Below, in pieces: positions 13,786-26,399 of a stretch of DNA of 64,000 nucleotides (position 1 is the stretch's first letter; every line of letters begins with the position of its first letter). The notes beneath the pieces are model-generated. The model was not told the DNA's origin. It made no database searches and was given only the letters and a program-made list of their open reading frames with translations. This stretch comes from Chrysomallon squamiferum (lineage: Eukaryota > Animalia > Mollusca), in the NCBI GenBank assembly GCA_012295275.1, contig CM022668.1:3906001-3970000 (forward strand), in the 5' to 3' direction. A program made the position numbers and the translations under genes.

Positions 13786-15509
13786 AGATTATTTTCTTAT
13801 AAACCTTAAGACTGCTTTGTGATGGACTATTGTAGATAAAACTTGGATTTATTGAATTTATTAGGTACATAATATATTAGTATTAAAAATATTTATTAAG
13901 TATTCAGTGACTACTAACACTTGAGAGTTAAATTTATTGACTGATTTTTCAGTGTAAATAACATTGAATTAATTCATATTTATATTTATATATTCATGAT
14001 TATATTCGAGTTGAAAAATAAATAATTATTAATATAACTGTGTACATATAATTATATTTACTGTAGATGTTATTTTCATTGAGACTGAATAAATATTAAA
14101 TATTTTAAGAGATACTGTTTAGAATACTTACCCTGATGTGTTTTCTGTAAGGTTATAAAGTCTGTTATGTTTCAGAATGGTGTCAGTAATTACATAACCA
14201 AGCACACTGTAAATAAAAATATGCTTAGACTTTGTATTTAAAGTTGATCATTGTGAATTTAATGCTGCTTGTGACATTATTATTCATGCAAATCATGATT
14301 CATTCTACAATTTGCCATCATGATGGTAAGCATGTTACTGACAAAAAAAAGAAAAAGAAAAAGTGTCTAAATCTGTGTGAACAGTGGTTGATATACTAGA
14401 TGAAAATTAGCAAAATAAGGTGCATATTTTATATTTTAAAACATTTTCAGTTATAATTTTGTTTTTAATTCATGTGGCAGTACATTATATTATAAATCTA
14501 CTACTCAAAGATGAAGATGTGTATGAGAAATACTTGTTTTCTGCAAGTTTGTTTTGTAGCAGTTTCAAGACAGGATAAAAAAATAAAATTGTAATTAAAG
14601 CTGGTACAAAAATGAGCATTCAGTTTCCATGCTATGCTGGTGAGAAAGAAAAATGTTATATTCTAGTTTATTTCAAATATTTTATTAATAGATTGAAAAT
14701 GCACATACATACAGAAACAAAAATAAACAGAAGATTAAATATAAGTTGATTTTGTCCAGCAGCTTAATGACACTAGTATTAGTAACTTGGTGAATGCCAC
14801 AGTAAATAATTTGGCTTTTCACAAAACAGCTCTAGACCCAAACAAAATAATCAGTGAATATATTAAGCATATATTGTGATATATGTGTATGTAAACATTT
14901 TAAATCAGTATTTGAAAAGTGTATCTTACCCGAGGCATAATCAATTATCTGTATAATCATACCAAGTGGTGATAAAAATAATCCAAAAAGTTTGTATAAT
15001 TTTTACATTACTTAGTTTTCTGGAAACTCTTTACTGTTGTGTTAAATGACAGACTGAAGTGTGTTGAATCATATTCTGTACTTTCTGAAGCTCAGGAAAG
15101 ATTATTATACATTTGCATTAACTGAATTGATGCAGTTATGGAAGAAAATCATTTTTTGTACATAAAATTTATAGATTTTAGAAAAATTGTTTTTTCAGTT
15201 GGGAGAACTGGACTTTGGGTAAGTTAATTCAAAATGTACAGATGACAAAGATTTCCATGTAATGTATCTTGTGTAGGTAATGACAGCTTATTTTCCTGTT
15301 GTGTGATGTTGGACAAGGTGAAAATGTATCCCTGTAGCTTATTGATATTTAAACAGAATGACTGCCAGGCTGTAAACAGATATCAGTTTTCAGTAAGTCA
15401 TTACCACCAAATTATCCCAGTGATACTGTACTCCTTACAAGTAATTAACAAGATCTGTAAATGTTTTTCATTCTTATTGTAATAATAATAACAATATTAT
15501 TATTATTAC

Positions 15510-15549
<40 letters not shown>

Positions 15550-15720
15550 TGTAGTAGCAGCAGTTGTTGTTGTAGTAGTAGTAGTAGTATCTTAAAAATC
15601 ACATACAAATTAAGTCAGTTATTGACAGGTATATTCAAATAACATTAAATACATCTATACAGGCTATGAACTGATGTAATGATGATGTTTATCTTCACAA
15701 GTGAAAAATGTTGAGAGTTT

Positions 15721-17171
15721 CTATGCATCAGACATATTGATGCTATTCAAATCAATCTTGTGTAGGACATTTTTTTCCAGCGCAAATGAATACTGAAATT
15801 TAAAAAATATCACTGATTAGAACCATGTAACAACCTTGTAGAAATTGATACATACAGACAGACACACACACACACAGACAGTTAGTTAGATCATCAGAAA
15901 AACTGACTGATTGATAAACAGATAAAGAAACAAAGGAGAGAGAGATAGAAAAAAGATAGGATGAGAGAATAGAAAGAAAGAGATTGTGTATATGCTTGTT
16001 TGAATGGGTGTATGTATGTATATATGTGATGTGTGTATGTGAGTATATATATAGAGAGAGAGAGAGAGAGAGCTTTTTAGAATAAATGTTGAAATAATTG
16101 ATGATTTGACTTAGACAAGAAATCGTCAGCAAGCAGTAAGCACACTTGTTCTCAAAACAGCAGATCTTACATGTTTAAGTTTAGTTGTTTTGGTTATTAA
16201 TTTACCTAGTGAAATTCAGTATCCCTGTGTTTATATTTATTAATATTTACTTTTACATATTGCAAATAGTCTTAAAGCAACCACTGCCCTCTGACAAAGT
16301 AGGGCCTACTACAGTATAGTTACCTCATAGGTTTTACGATTTTGGGGAGATTTGTTAAGTAGTAATCGAACATCAATCTGAAAATAACAAATAGAAGTCA
16401 AGAGTGTTGTTGTTGCCATCATCACATTCATCATCATTAACACAGATTATTATTACTATTATTATCATCATCAGTATGTATTAATATTTATCTTTGTAAT
16501 GTGTAATTTTAATTAGACATTTACTTACATGTAATTTGTTCATATACAGCTTTTGGTATTTTTCGGCAATCTTGAATTTGACGCCTTGCAAATCATATCT
16601 TGTACTTAGGCCACCTATAAGAAGATAAACTCCGGTTTTTACAAGTTGTATTAATATATTGTCATTTAGAGTTTTAAATAACAAATGACAATATATATAT
16701 ATATATACTTACTATACATAATTCATATCATTATCACGAACTCTGATTTTGAAACTTGTGCTTGGAAAAAAAATCTATAGATAATATGTTACTTTAAAAT
16801 GTACCAAAAATATCTTATTTTGGTAAATTCATAGCTGTATTATTTAAATTAAACTGGGTGCAGTGTCCATCTCATTTTATTTTTACATTTTTTTCGTAAT
16901 TAATCAGAATATTTAGAATTATATAAACTTTGTTATAAACTTATTATTAATAGTAGTGGAAGTAATAATAGCAACGAATAGACTTAAATCGGTCAACTTA
17001 AAATGTATGTTGTTTCTATGAAAAATAAGAATCAAAACTAGTATCATTTATACACTTAAGCAGTGTTCAAAATAATAAAATTACCATAGTTACGTTGTGC
17101 AGTCTGCTAACACACATTGTGATGTTGTAATTACCTGTATATATTGTTTCCTCTAGTCTGCAGTCAGACAT
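15721..17171 (-). CDS. UMA-domain-only microprotein (82 aa), truncated UBAP1 paralog
   Basis: Exons 17171-17135, 16614-16529, 16377-16324, 15792-15721 with canonical GT-AG sites give MSDCRLEETIYTGGLSTRYDLQGVKFKIAEKYQKLYMNKLHIDVRLLLNKSPQNRKTYEYSFALEKNVLHKIDLNSINMSDA*. It carries both UMA motifs (LQGVKFKI and YSFALEKNVL) and intron phases 1,0,0, identical to UBAP1. Confidence 0.8.
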
Positions 17172-17603
17172 TTTATAAACGGTTAATAAGTAAATATTAC
17201 AAAGTACAACCTGTTACATTGCTTTCAAACTGACCTATATTTTATGTCAACAAGGATTTTCTCTTATCGAAAAATTGATAAAAAAAAGAAAAAAGAAAAA
17301 AAGATGCATAACTCGCAGCTGTTAGCCGCGAGAACAAAAACGAAACCGTTGCTCATTTCTGTTTAAGCTAATTGTTCAATGAAATACTGTTTGAAATTTT
17401 AAGCAAAACAATTTATTACAGATATTTTTTTTTTCTAATAAACAAATTAAATAATAAAAGAATTTTACATATATAATTTTTTTCTAATAAACATATTAAA
17501 AATAAACGTAACAATCGTTAAAGATATTATTTTCACTGATAAACAAAAAATTAAATATCACGTCTAGTTATGAACAGGTAATTTAATCTCTCATATATAT
17601 ATA

Positions 17604-18655
17604 TGTCACGGTGACTAAAATTTGGCTCGTCCCGTCTAAAGGGTAGCAGATTATAATAGCGTCACGCTATATATATGTATTTATGTATTTTCATAAATTA
17701 ACCCTAAAGGATAATATATAGTTATATAGTTAAACCGTCCGATTCGACGATACGTTATCAAAGCAAATACTGAAATAGCGTTGACAAATAATAAAAAATT
17801 AATTCGGCCTAGTTGGTTACTTGATCATTCTTTCTAAATAATCTTTTAATTATTAAAACACGTTATCTTTGTTTTTATAAATGTAAGTACCACAGAATAA
17901 CACTATAAAAAATTCAACAGCAACAGATTTAGCCATCTTCAATCATTCAAGATGTATGTTACATATACAAAACATTAAAACATAATTACCATTGTCTGCG
18001 TTTTCCTTTGTGTTGTGCAGACAAAGACTCTCAAGAATGGCACTGATCAAAGAGATGTCGTTCAAAACGCGTGTGACTACTTATACACCCATCGCTCGGG
18101 TGTTCAATCTACATCTCTGCAGACAGCCTTTCTGAATTTACTTTGCAGCTTTTAATGCCAGTTTTGGGTTTGTTAAGCCACAGTGTTTCTTAGTTTATTA
18201 AATAACGGAATTTCCCCAAATTATATAATACAGCTTCTAAATAGCCCAAGTACGTCTGCATACGCTCTGCTATTTAGTTTTTGTGTATTTACCCTCATTT
18301 TATTCTGCGACGGACACACCCACTGACCTGTCAGAAAGCGTGCCCGTCGTAGACGTGCTTCACAACAGCTAGCTCTGATTAGCACGTTCATTTTTCTCAT
18401 TCATTCATTCATACCCCCATTTTCTGCCATTAATTAGTAAACAGTTAAGAAATGTAAAAATATAAATTATAAACATGATTATACAAGATAGCTAAATAAT
18501 ATAATAAGATATTTAAGATAAAATGTAGCAGACATTCTGCTTTAATGGGCATATAAAAATGAAGATTTTGTGAAATTCTATAATTCACTGCATATAAAAC
18601 AAAATTACAATCAAAATCAAGTCTGGCAAAGAGGCACTAATGAGGTCCCGTCACA
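17604..18655 (-). mobile_element. Probable solo LTR (~1.05 kb) of an LTR retrotransposon inserted in a (TA)n tract
   Basis: Termini TGTCACGG...CCGTCACA (TG...CA with short inverted ends), ATATA on both flanks, CpG-rich interior, TATA-like TATAAGTA on the minus strand at ~18078-18085, and no gag/pol ORF. Confidence 0.7.
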
Positions 18656-18756
18656 ATATATATATGAAATAAAATCAAACAGTGAAATGAAAGTAATATA
18701 TTTCTATTTACCACAAATGATTCCGCTGCTCTCTACATCCCTCGCGCAGGTTCCTC

Positions 18757-18764
18757 TGACGTCA
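18757..18764. promoter_or_regulatory. Palindromic CRE (TGACGTCA)
   Basis: Exact motif about 185 bp upstream of a candidate ATG at 18949. Confidence 0.4.
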
Positions 18765-18948
18765 TAATCAGTCTGTTGACAGATATCTGAGTGGTGAACT
18801 TTTTTCTTGTGTTTATATACTCCCATCATCTGAAAAACCAGAAACACTATTGACACATCTACTGCAGATGTTATTGCTTCTTCAGTAGTCTGCAGTTATC
18901 ACACTGTTTCATCGTTTACTTCTGTCACGTCCGTTCTGAAGGGATAAA

Positions 18949-19024
18949 ATGGCGACATTCAGATATTTTGTAGCAGTATTATTTTTTAGTATACACTTTT
19001 TACTGAGTCACACAAAACAAATAA
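18949..19024 (+). CDS. Candidate first exon encoding a signal-peptide-like sequence; downstream exons unresolved
   Basis: AAAATGG start context, MATFRYFVAVLFFSIHFLLSHTKQI, then a phase-1 donor (A|GTAAAT). Confidence 0.3.
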
Positions 19025-21108
19025 GTAAATAATTTGAAAAATGAATTTACTTATGGAGTCTATTCCTAAAACCATAGGCCATCCTTTAAGTTTGTGCTTA
19101 ACACGAAACACTGGAAAGTCTGTTATGATTTGATGTGACAGTTTCAATAATAACACGTTTAACCACTTTGTTCCGTAAACCTGTTACATCAGCTGAAACC
19201 CTTTCTATTAAAGACGGTGAAAATATTCAGTCTTTGTACAACTAAAAGTACAATATGGCGAGCTAGAGCCTGGGAGGGAGGGGCAGGTTTAAGACAGATT
19301 CTTGTTTTCAGATCCTGTGGTTATGTACAATTTGTGTGTGTGCGTGCGTACGAATGAGAGTGTGTGGGTGAGTGCGCTTTTTTGAACTTGGGAAAATACA
19401 TTTTTACGTAAATGAATTATTCATTCCTACTCACTTTTTGTGTTTCAGTATTAAAGTGACACTTTCTGGTGTAATTGCTGTTTTAACTGAAGTAATCTGT
19501 AATTTCAGTGATAGTAGATACACGTTGTTGTGTATTTATATATCACAGTTAGATTATTTTCTCAGTACACTGAATATCTAGGACTGTATTAATGTAACAT
19601 GGATAGTAACTGTAACTTTGTTAGCCTGTTTTCAACAACATCAAAAACGATTTGTTAAAAGTTTACCCTTGTAAATTAAATAGTGCAGTATGTTAACGTT
19701 TTCAGAAAAACTGGATTTCTGTTCTTCTTATTTTATCTAACAAGAAAATTAGTTTATCAGAATTTAGATGGCCAGTTTTATTTATTTTAAATAATTATTT
19801 GGAATTGAATAAATATTACTAATTAGAAAATAATTTAATGTTGCTTCAACATTTTATGTTAATCAAAATACGACCTTGCACAATAAGTGACAAAAGTAAT
19901 GAAAGTAAACAAGTTAATAAATGGTTGCAGGACAATTTCTATCATAACATATTTTTATTAATCTCAAACTAAACACTGCACTGTTTTAAAACAATGAATA
20001 CTTATATTATATATAATGTAATTGTTGGGTCTCTTGTAGAAGAGAAGAAAACTGAAAAAAAAAGTTACACATTTTCTACTTCATCCTGATGTATTGTTAG
20101 TCACACAATGGAGGGGGTTGGGGCGAGGGGAAGACACCACTTAGCTTATTTTTCTACTAGTGTCGAAAAAATTAATTTTGCTACATATTGTCTCACTGGT
20201 TATGAACGTGGCAGACTATTTACATATTTTAATATTAAAATTTTAAAAGTAAAATTATAACAAAATTTACGATAAAAAAATAAATAAATCAGTAAGCTGT
20301 TATTGACCTATGAATCGCCGTCTAACCTGATCACCAGCGATGTTGTCTCAGATTTCACTGTACACTGATTTCTGTAACAGGGAAGTGGGGACCGATGAGC
20401 CAATTTAGAAACACTGTATTTATAAGAAATTCCTAACAAAAACACAAACTTTCACAAGATCTATAAATATGTGTTATCATTTCAATATTAAATTGAGACC
20501 AAAGAAAAAAACAATTACTCAAGATAGTCAAAAATCTACTTTTTAACTGTCGCGTTGATGGCCTGCTACAAGGTCTCTGAACAATATGGGTGAAGGTCAC
20601 ATGTAAAGTAATTGCATTGGTGGCTCAAAGATGTCACTATCATTTTACAGTCAGGAGTTTAGGGGGTGGCTCAAAGATCCAAAGTTTCCCGTACATAAAT
20701 GTTATTAGAGGTGTGGTAGTTTATTTATATACTTTATATATCTTGTTATCTTTACATACATTAAAATCTTTTGTTGCATTAACATACATTAAATATTTTT
20801 TGTTACACTTGCATATCCTTTATTGCAATGTTTATAATAATAACCAACGGCAACAACCTGCTAAGGTACTTCTTATTTCAGTATTTCTCTCTTCCAGTTT
20901 CTGTCTCTAATAATAATATATAATATTTACCTCTGTGTTGTAATTCTCTAGCTGAGATTTCATTCATTTATCTCTCATCTACCTCCCCTTTTCACTATCT
21001 GTCTGTCTGTCTGTCCTGTTTGTCTGTTTGTCTCTGTCTACCTATATATTTAAAGCAGATTTTTACACTATTTAAATTGTAATTTTATTCATAAATATCG
21101 TTAACATT

Positions 21109-21110
<2 letters not shown>

Positions 21111-21201
<91 letters not shown>
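21111..21201. repeat. (CT)n microsatellite
   Basis: Perfect dinucleotide run. Confidence 0.97.
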
Positions 21202-21204
<3 letters not shown>

Positions 21205-21643
21205 ATCCTCAAAACTGTAGAACTGTATGCGTCAATACTTAAATAACTTCATTGTATTTTCACAGATGTATTTGAGGAATTCGAAGCATGAGGACTACAG
21301 GCCGCAGTTATTTGACGTATTACGAATGCTGATTTTCCTGCTTCCATTTTTTGTTGTTGAAAAAAGGATATATTATAGAATTTAACAAAATATTACATTT
21401 TGATTTTTTTATTACGGACATTCTAAATAAGTCACAATCCAAGCGTCATCTTAAACACACTCGTTAGCTACATGATTTATAAACTGTAAGGTTGTATTAA
21501 ATATCGCAAAATGACGATTAATGTAGTTTTCAGTCAAATATGCCAGTTCTGTAAAACGTAAAATGCATTAACTGAATGTTTATTTTATATAGCTGTTTAT
21601 TATTATTATTTAATAAAAATAAATCTGACCCGATTTCCTCACC

Positions 21644-22055
21644 TGAGTACATCTGTATACATAATAATATATCACTGTGAGTACACCTGTATACATAATA
21701 ATATATCACTGTGAGTACACCTGTATACATAATAATATATCACTGTAAGTACATCTGTATACATAATAATATATCACTGCGAGTACACCTGTATACATAA
21801 TAATATAATCACTGTGAGTACATCTGTATACATAATAATATATTTCTGTGAGTACATCTGTATACATAATAATATATCACTGTAAGTACATCTGTATACA
21901 TAATAATATATCACTGCGAGTACACCTGTATACATAATAATATATCACTGTAAGTACATCTGTATACATAATAATATATCACTGTGAGTACATCTGTATA
22001 CATAATAATATATTTCTGTGAGTACATCTGTATACATAATAATATATCACTGTGT
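21644..22055. repeat. 34-bp minisatellite (TGAGTACATCTGTATACATAATAATATATCACTG), about 12 copies
   Basis: TGAGTAC at 21644, 21678 and onward; units nearly identical. Confidence 0.95.
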
Positions 22056-22782
22056 GGTTTCACTGTAATAATTTTATTTACACATGTGTATTTACGTCAC
22101 CTGAGTACATGGTGATTGACAGTTTTAAAATGCCATTTTATAAAACACCACAAGGATGATCAGACGTCATGCTTTTGACCATATATGAATATACAGAGTG
22201 CGTTTTGAAAATTCATTTAAAAAAAAATACGAACAAGAAAAATGCATTCATCAAATACAAGGTAGATAGATTGACAGATAGATAGATAAAGAGACAGATA
22301 GTGAAAAGGGATGTAGAGAAGAGTGATAAAGAATGAATGACTAAACGAACGATGTCTCAGCTATAGAGTTACTAAGTATAATACAGAGATAAATATTATA
22401 TATTTTAAAATATTTGTTTAAAACATCAGAGTGCCAAGTCAGATTATATAATTATTTGATGAAGCTGCGGACCTGTTTAACTCTATTAGAGAAGAAAATT
22501 GTACAGCCAACAACAGTCTCGGTGGTCCAGAACGTAAATAAATAAAATATCAGGTTTTAGATAAAGAAAAAAACATAAAATGAATGCTACGTTACAGGTA
22601 TTTTTCTGAAAAACAAACTGTCCAAATATATACTGTATATATCTTTCTTACCGACCAAATATATATTGTTTATATATTGAATTTTTTTCAAATATATATT
22701 ATATATATCTTCCATACTGTTTAAATAAATATTATATAAAGCTTTCTTTAAAACATACTGTCCAAATATATATATTGTGTGT

Positions 22783-22828
<46 letters not shown>

Positions 22829-23678
22829 GTCTTACATAATATCCAACCTGTTATTCCCTAATATATCTTCAAGACTAACTAAGTTTAAAATAAAGATAAG
22901 AAACCTACTGCCCAGATATAAATTGTGTTTGTCGTCGTATATACATAAGCATGTTCAATATGATAATATTCTGTAAATCTTCCAATAAACCATATTGTAC
23001 ACAGCTTTCTGTAAAGCTGTACAAATTTAAATATCGAATAATTATAGCGGGAACCTGATACTTCCACAAATTTCAGTGCTGAAGTTCTGACACAGTTTTA
23101 AACTTGTGATCAGAGTTTTTACAAATCACATGATGTCAGATATAGTTTCGTAATCTACAAGGTAGTCAACTCAAAGATATTACAGGACATAATTTCAAAC
23201 AGTCTAGAGACTAGACAGACATATTATTGTACATGTCATATCAGTTACAGTACAAGATGCAGGCTAGATAACCAAAGATAACAAAGAACATACGATATAT
23301 TACGCAATCAATGCGTACCCACGGATAACCAGAACCTGATGTTAAGGATCGTTTGAAAACAATTTGGTTTCTTCAGCTTTGTTCAAAACAAGCGTTTCAT
23401 GTTTTAATTGTAACACTGGGATGAAAACATTACTGTGTCGTTAATTTGAATCGTTTTAGAAACAAAACCGAAGAAGTGAATAAACTGATGGTTCAGCCAT
23501 CGAAATTAGCAGGCAAACTAACAGAGGTTTTCAAAATGATGTCGTTCCAATTTAACAGAACAGTGCCATCTCGCCAGAACGTTCCGTCAAAATTTGCCCC
23601 TGCATGAAGCCCAAGCATGTAAACTGGTAAACTGAAATACGACTAGCTATCTTTTATTATAATAATAATAATAATAAC

Positions 23679-23712
<34 letters not shown>

Positions 23713-23847
23713 AATAATAATATGAAGAAGAAGAAGATGAATGTATTGTGTGTGTAAATGAAACTAAACAAAGAGAAATATTCGTTGTTGCAGCCTTCCC
23801 GTACAGCAGTAAACGACGTCAAGTCGGTCTTGTACCACGTCAGTTTA

Positions 23848-24880
23848 CACTACTTCTAGCATTACTACTACTTCTACTAGTAATTTTATACTACTATCAT
23901 TAACACTATTCTAGCATTACTACTACGTCTACTAGTAATTTTATACTACTATCATTAACACTACTTCTAGTATTACTACTACTTCTACTAGTAATTTTAC
24001 TACTACTATCAATAACACTTCTTCTAATAGTATTACTACTTCTACTAGTAATTTTACTACTACTATCAATAACACTTCTAATAGTACTACTACTTCTATT
24101 AGTAATTTTACTACTATCATTAACACTTCTTCTAATATTACTACTACTTCTACTAGTAATTTTATACTACTATCATTAAAACTACTACTAGTATTACTAC
24201 TACTTCTATTAGTAATTTTATACTACTATCAATAGCACTTCTTCTAATAGTACTACTACTTCTACTAGTAATTTTATATACTATCATTAACACTACTACT
24301 AGTATTACTACTACTTCTACTAGTAATTTTACTACTACTATCAATAGCACTTCTTCTAATAGTACTACTACTTCTACTAGTAATTTTACTACTACTATCA
24401 ATAACACTTCTAATAGTACTACTACTTCTATTAGTAATTTTATATACTATCATTAACACTACTACTAGTATTACTACTACTTCTACTAGTAATTTTTTTA
24501 TCAATAGCACTACTAATCAATTTTACTAGCTATCAATAACACTTCTAATAGTACTACTACTTCTACTAGTAATTTTATATACTATCATTAAGACTACTAC
24601 TAGCATTCTACTACTTCTACTAGTAATTTTATATACTATCATTAAGACTACTACTAGCATTCTACTACTTCTACTAGTAATTTTACTACTACTATCACTA
24701 TCACCACTATTGTTAGTACAAGCGTTACTAGTGCATCAGCTACTATTACTACTGCAGCTAGTATAACCATTACTACGACTTTTACTACCACTACTTTTTC
24801 TACTGCTAATACTTCTATCATAACTACAACTACTACAATAACTACTATTACTACTTCTACAATAACTGCTACTACTACAA
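23848..24880. repeat. ACT-rich higher-order tandem repeat (~55-60-bp units) grading into (ACT)n-like low complexity
   Basis: Recurring ACTACTACTTCTACTAGTAATTTTA; it explains the Val/Ser-rich ORFs in the track. Confidence 0.9.
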
Positions 24881-24975
24881 TGATGATGTATTTCATATTC
24901 TGATTTTTTGCAACTCACATCATCTCAGTCTGAGTACTACAGTGGGAAATTATTTCACATTATTCATGCTGTTGT

Positions 24976-24977
<2 letters not shown>

Positions 24978-25057
<80 letters not shown>
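24978..25057. repeat. (CT)n microsatellite
   Basis: Dinucleotide run producing spurious RERE/LSLS ORFs. Confidence 0.95.
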
Positions 25058-25062
<5 letters not shown>

Positions 25063-25784
25063 GTCTGTCTCATACACATAAACATACACACACAAATATA
25101 CACATATATACAAACACATATGTACACAAACACCCAAATGTAACATTTTGAAACCACGGCATAACAACATCAACAACATGAAAAAAGAGGAAAGAATAAA
25201 TAATAAAAACGGCGACGACGACGACGATAACAACAACAAAAATATTAATGCGTGTTAATTGGAGCTTCGAAAAATTATATTAATAGTCATTTTGAAAATT
25301 AAATTTTAGATGAATGTTCGGTTTTTTCATATGATTTTTTAAATTAATCGTTATATAACTATGGTGTTTGGTAGTCCTTAAAAATTATAATTATGCTAAC
25401 AATAAAATATACCACGATCGTGGACAATAACCGGCGGTGCGCTGGAAATTTGATGAAAGTAATTAAATGCTGAAATAGCTATGATTCAAAATGTCCTTTT
25501 TGTATTCACCTATTTCTTCATTATCTTATGACATTAAAATCGTTTACTTTCATTTAGAAACTAATAAAGTTTCTAAATTGTAGTAAAATATATTTTGCCA
25601 TGAGACAGAGGTCAGGCTTGCAGGCTGACCCCTGATGTACCCCGTCCCTACCCTGTCCGCATTTCTGATACATTTTTTGTTAGTAGATGCGGCAACTATG
25701 AACACTTGTTACCAGGTGAAAATACATAATCAACCAAAAACAACACACTGGTTAGCTAGTTTTATCTGAACTCAGTTTAAATAA

Positions 25785-25835
<51 letters not shown>

Positions 25836-25944
25836 TATTTATTAGTAAATCACCTTTTATAAGTAAATCACCTTTCAGTTTAATTCAGTTAATCACCGCT
25901 TCCTGATATCTATTGCTATACGAAGTCTGCAATCAAATACATTA

Positions 25945-25988
<44 letters not shown>

Positions 25989-26072
25989 GAATAATAAGAA
26001 TAAGAATTACAATTGATAAAAAAGCACATATTGTTAAAGCTTTTATTTTTAACCTTTCAGTAACTATGTGAC

Positions 26073-26118
<46 letters not shown>

Positions 26119-26399
26119 AAACAATTAAAAAAACAACAACAAACAAACAATTCCATCTGGCTTCAGAAGCTCATTAATGTATTGTTATTAGCAAAAATTA
26201 GAAGTAAATAAAACGAAGTCTGTGAGTCATTAAAAACTTACAAGGATTATTTCTTGGCACCGTCGCAGATACATATTAAAAGCACGGACTTCAATGTCTT
26301 TATACTTAATAAATTTAGTATTTAGAATTATTCTGTGTACATGCAACGAAGTACATACCTTGTGACTCTTTCCAGATATTAGAAAATAAATTCGATTTT

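Larger units (their letters stand above)
20917..22402. mobile_element. ~1.5-kb segment bounded by diverged ~130-145-bp inverted repeats (possible non-autonomous or foldback element)
   Basis: 20917-21043 aligns by eye to the reverse complement of 22260-22402 (shared TATATAATATTTA, TAGCTGAGA, TCATTCATT, CCCTTTTCACTATCTGTCT, TCTACCT). Confidence 0.5.
23494..26385 (-). other. Candidate multi-microexon gene transcribed divergently from UBAP1
   Basis: Short CpG-containing blocks each flanked by minus-strand AG/GT sites: donor 26358, 26274-26242, 25926-25897, 25695-25652, 25441-25413, 24936-24919, acceptor ~23632. Several in-frame joins are possible; no recognisable homology. Confidence 0.4.

Noticed and set aside
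22455-22533. Protein-like frame FDEAADLFNSIREENCTANNSLGGPE
   Set aside because: It is preceded by an in-frame TAA with no acceptor in between, and cannot be assigned to a family.
23941-24918. Val/Leu- and Ser-rich ORFs in the track
   Set aside because: They are translations of the ACT-rich tandem repeat.
25625-25660. CCC TGA TGT resembling an antizyme +1 frameshift site or a hammerhead core
   Set aside because: There is no antizyme ORF1/ORF2 similarity, and the core is CTGATGT rather than CTGATGA with no matching GAAA and stems.
26076-26116. 41-nt poly(A) as a retrocopy tail
   Set aside because: No recognisable upstream SINE, LINE or processed gene, and no TSD.
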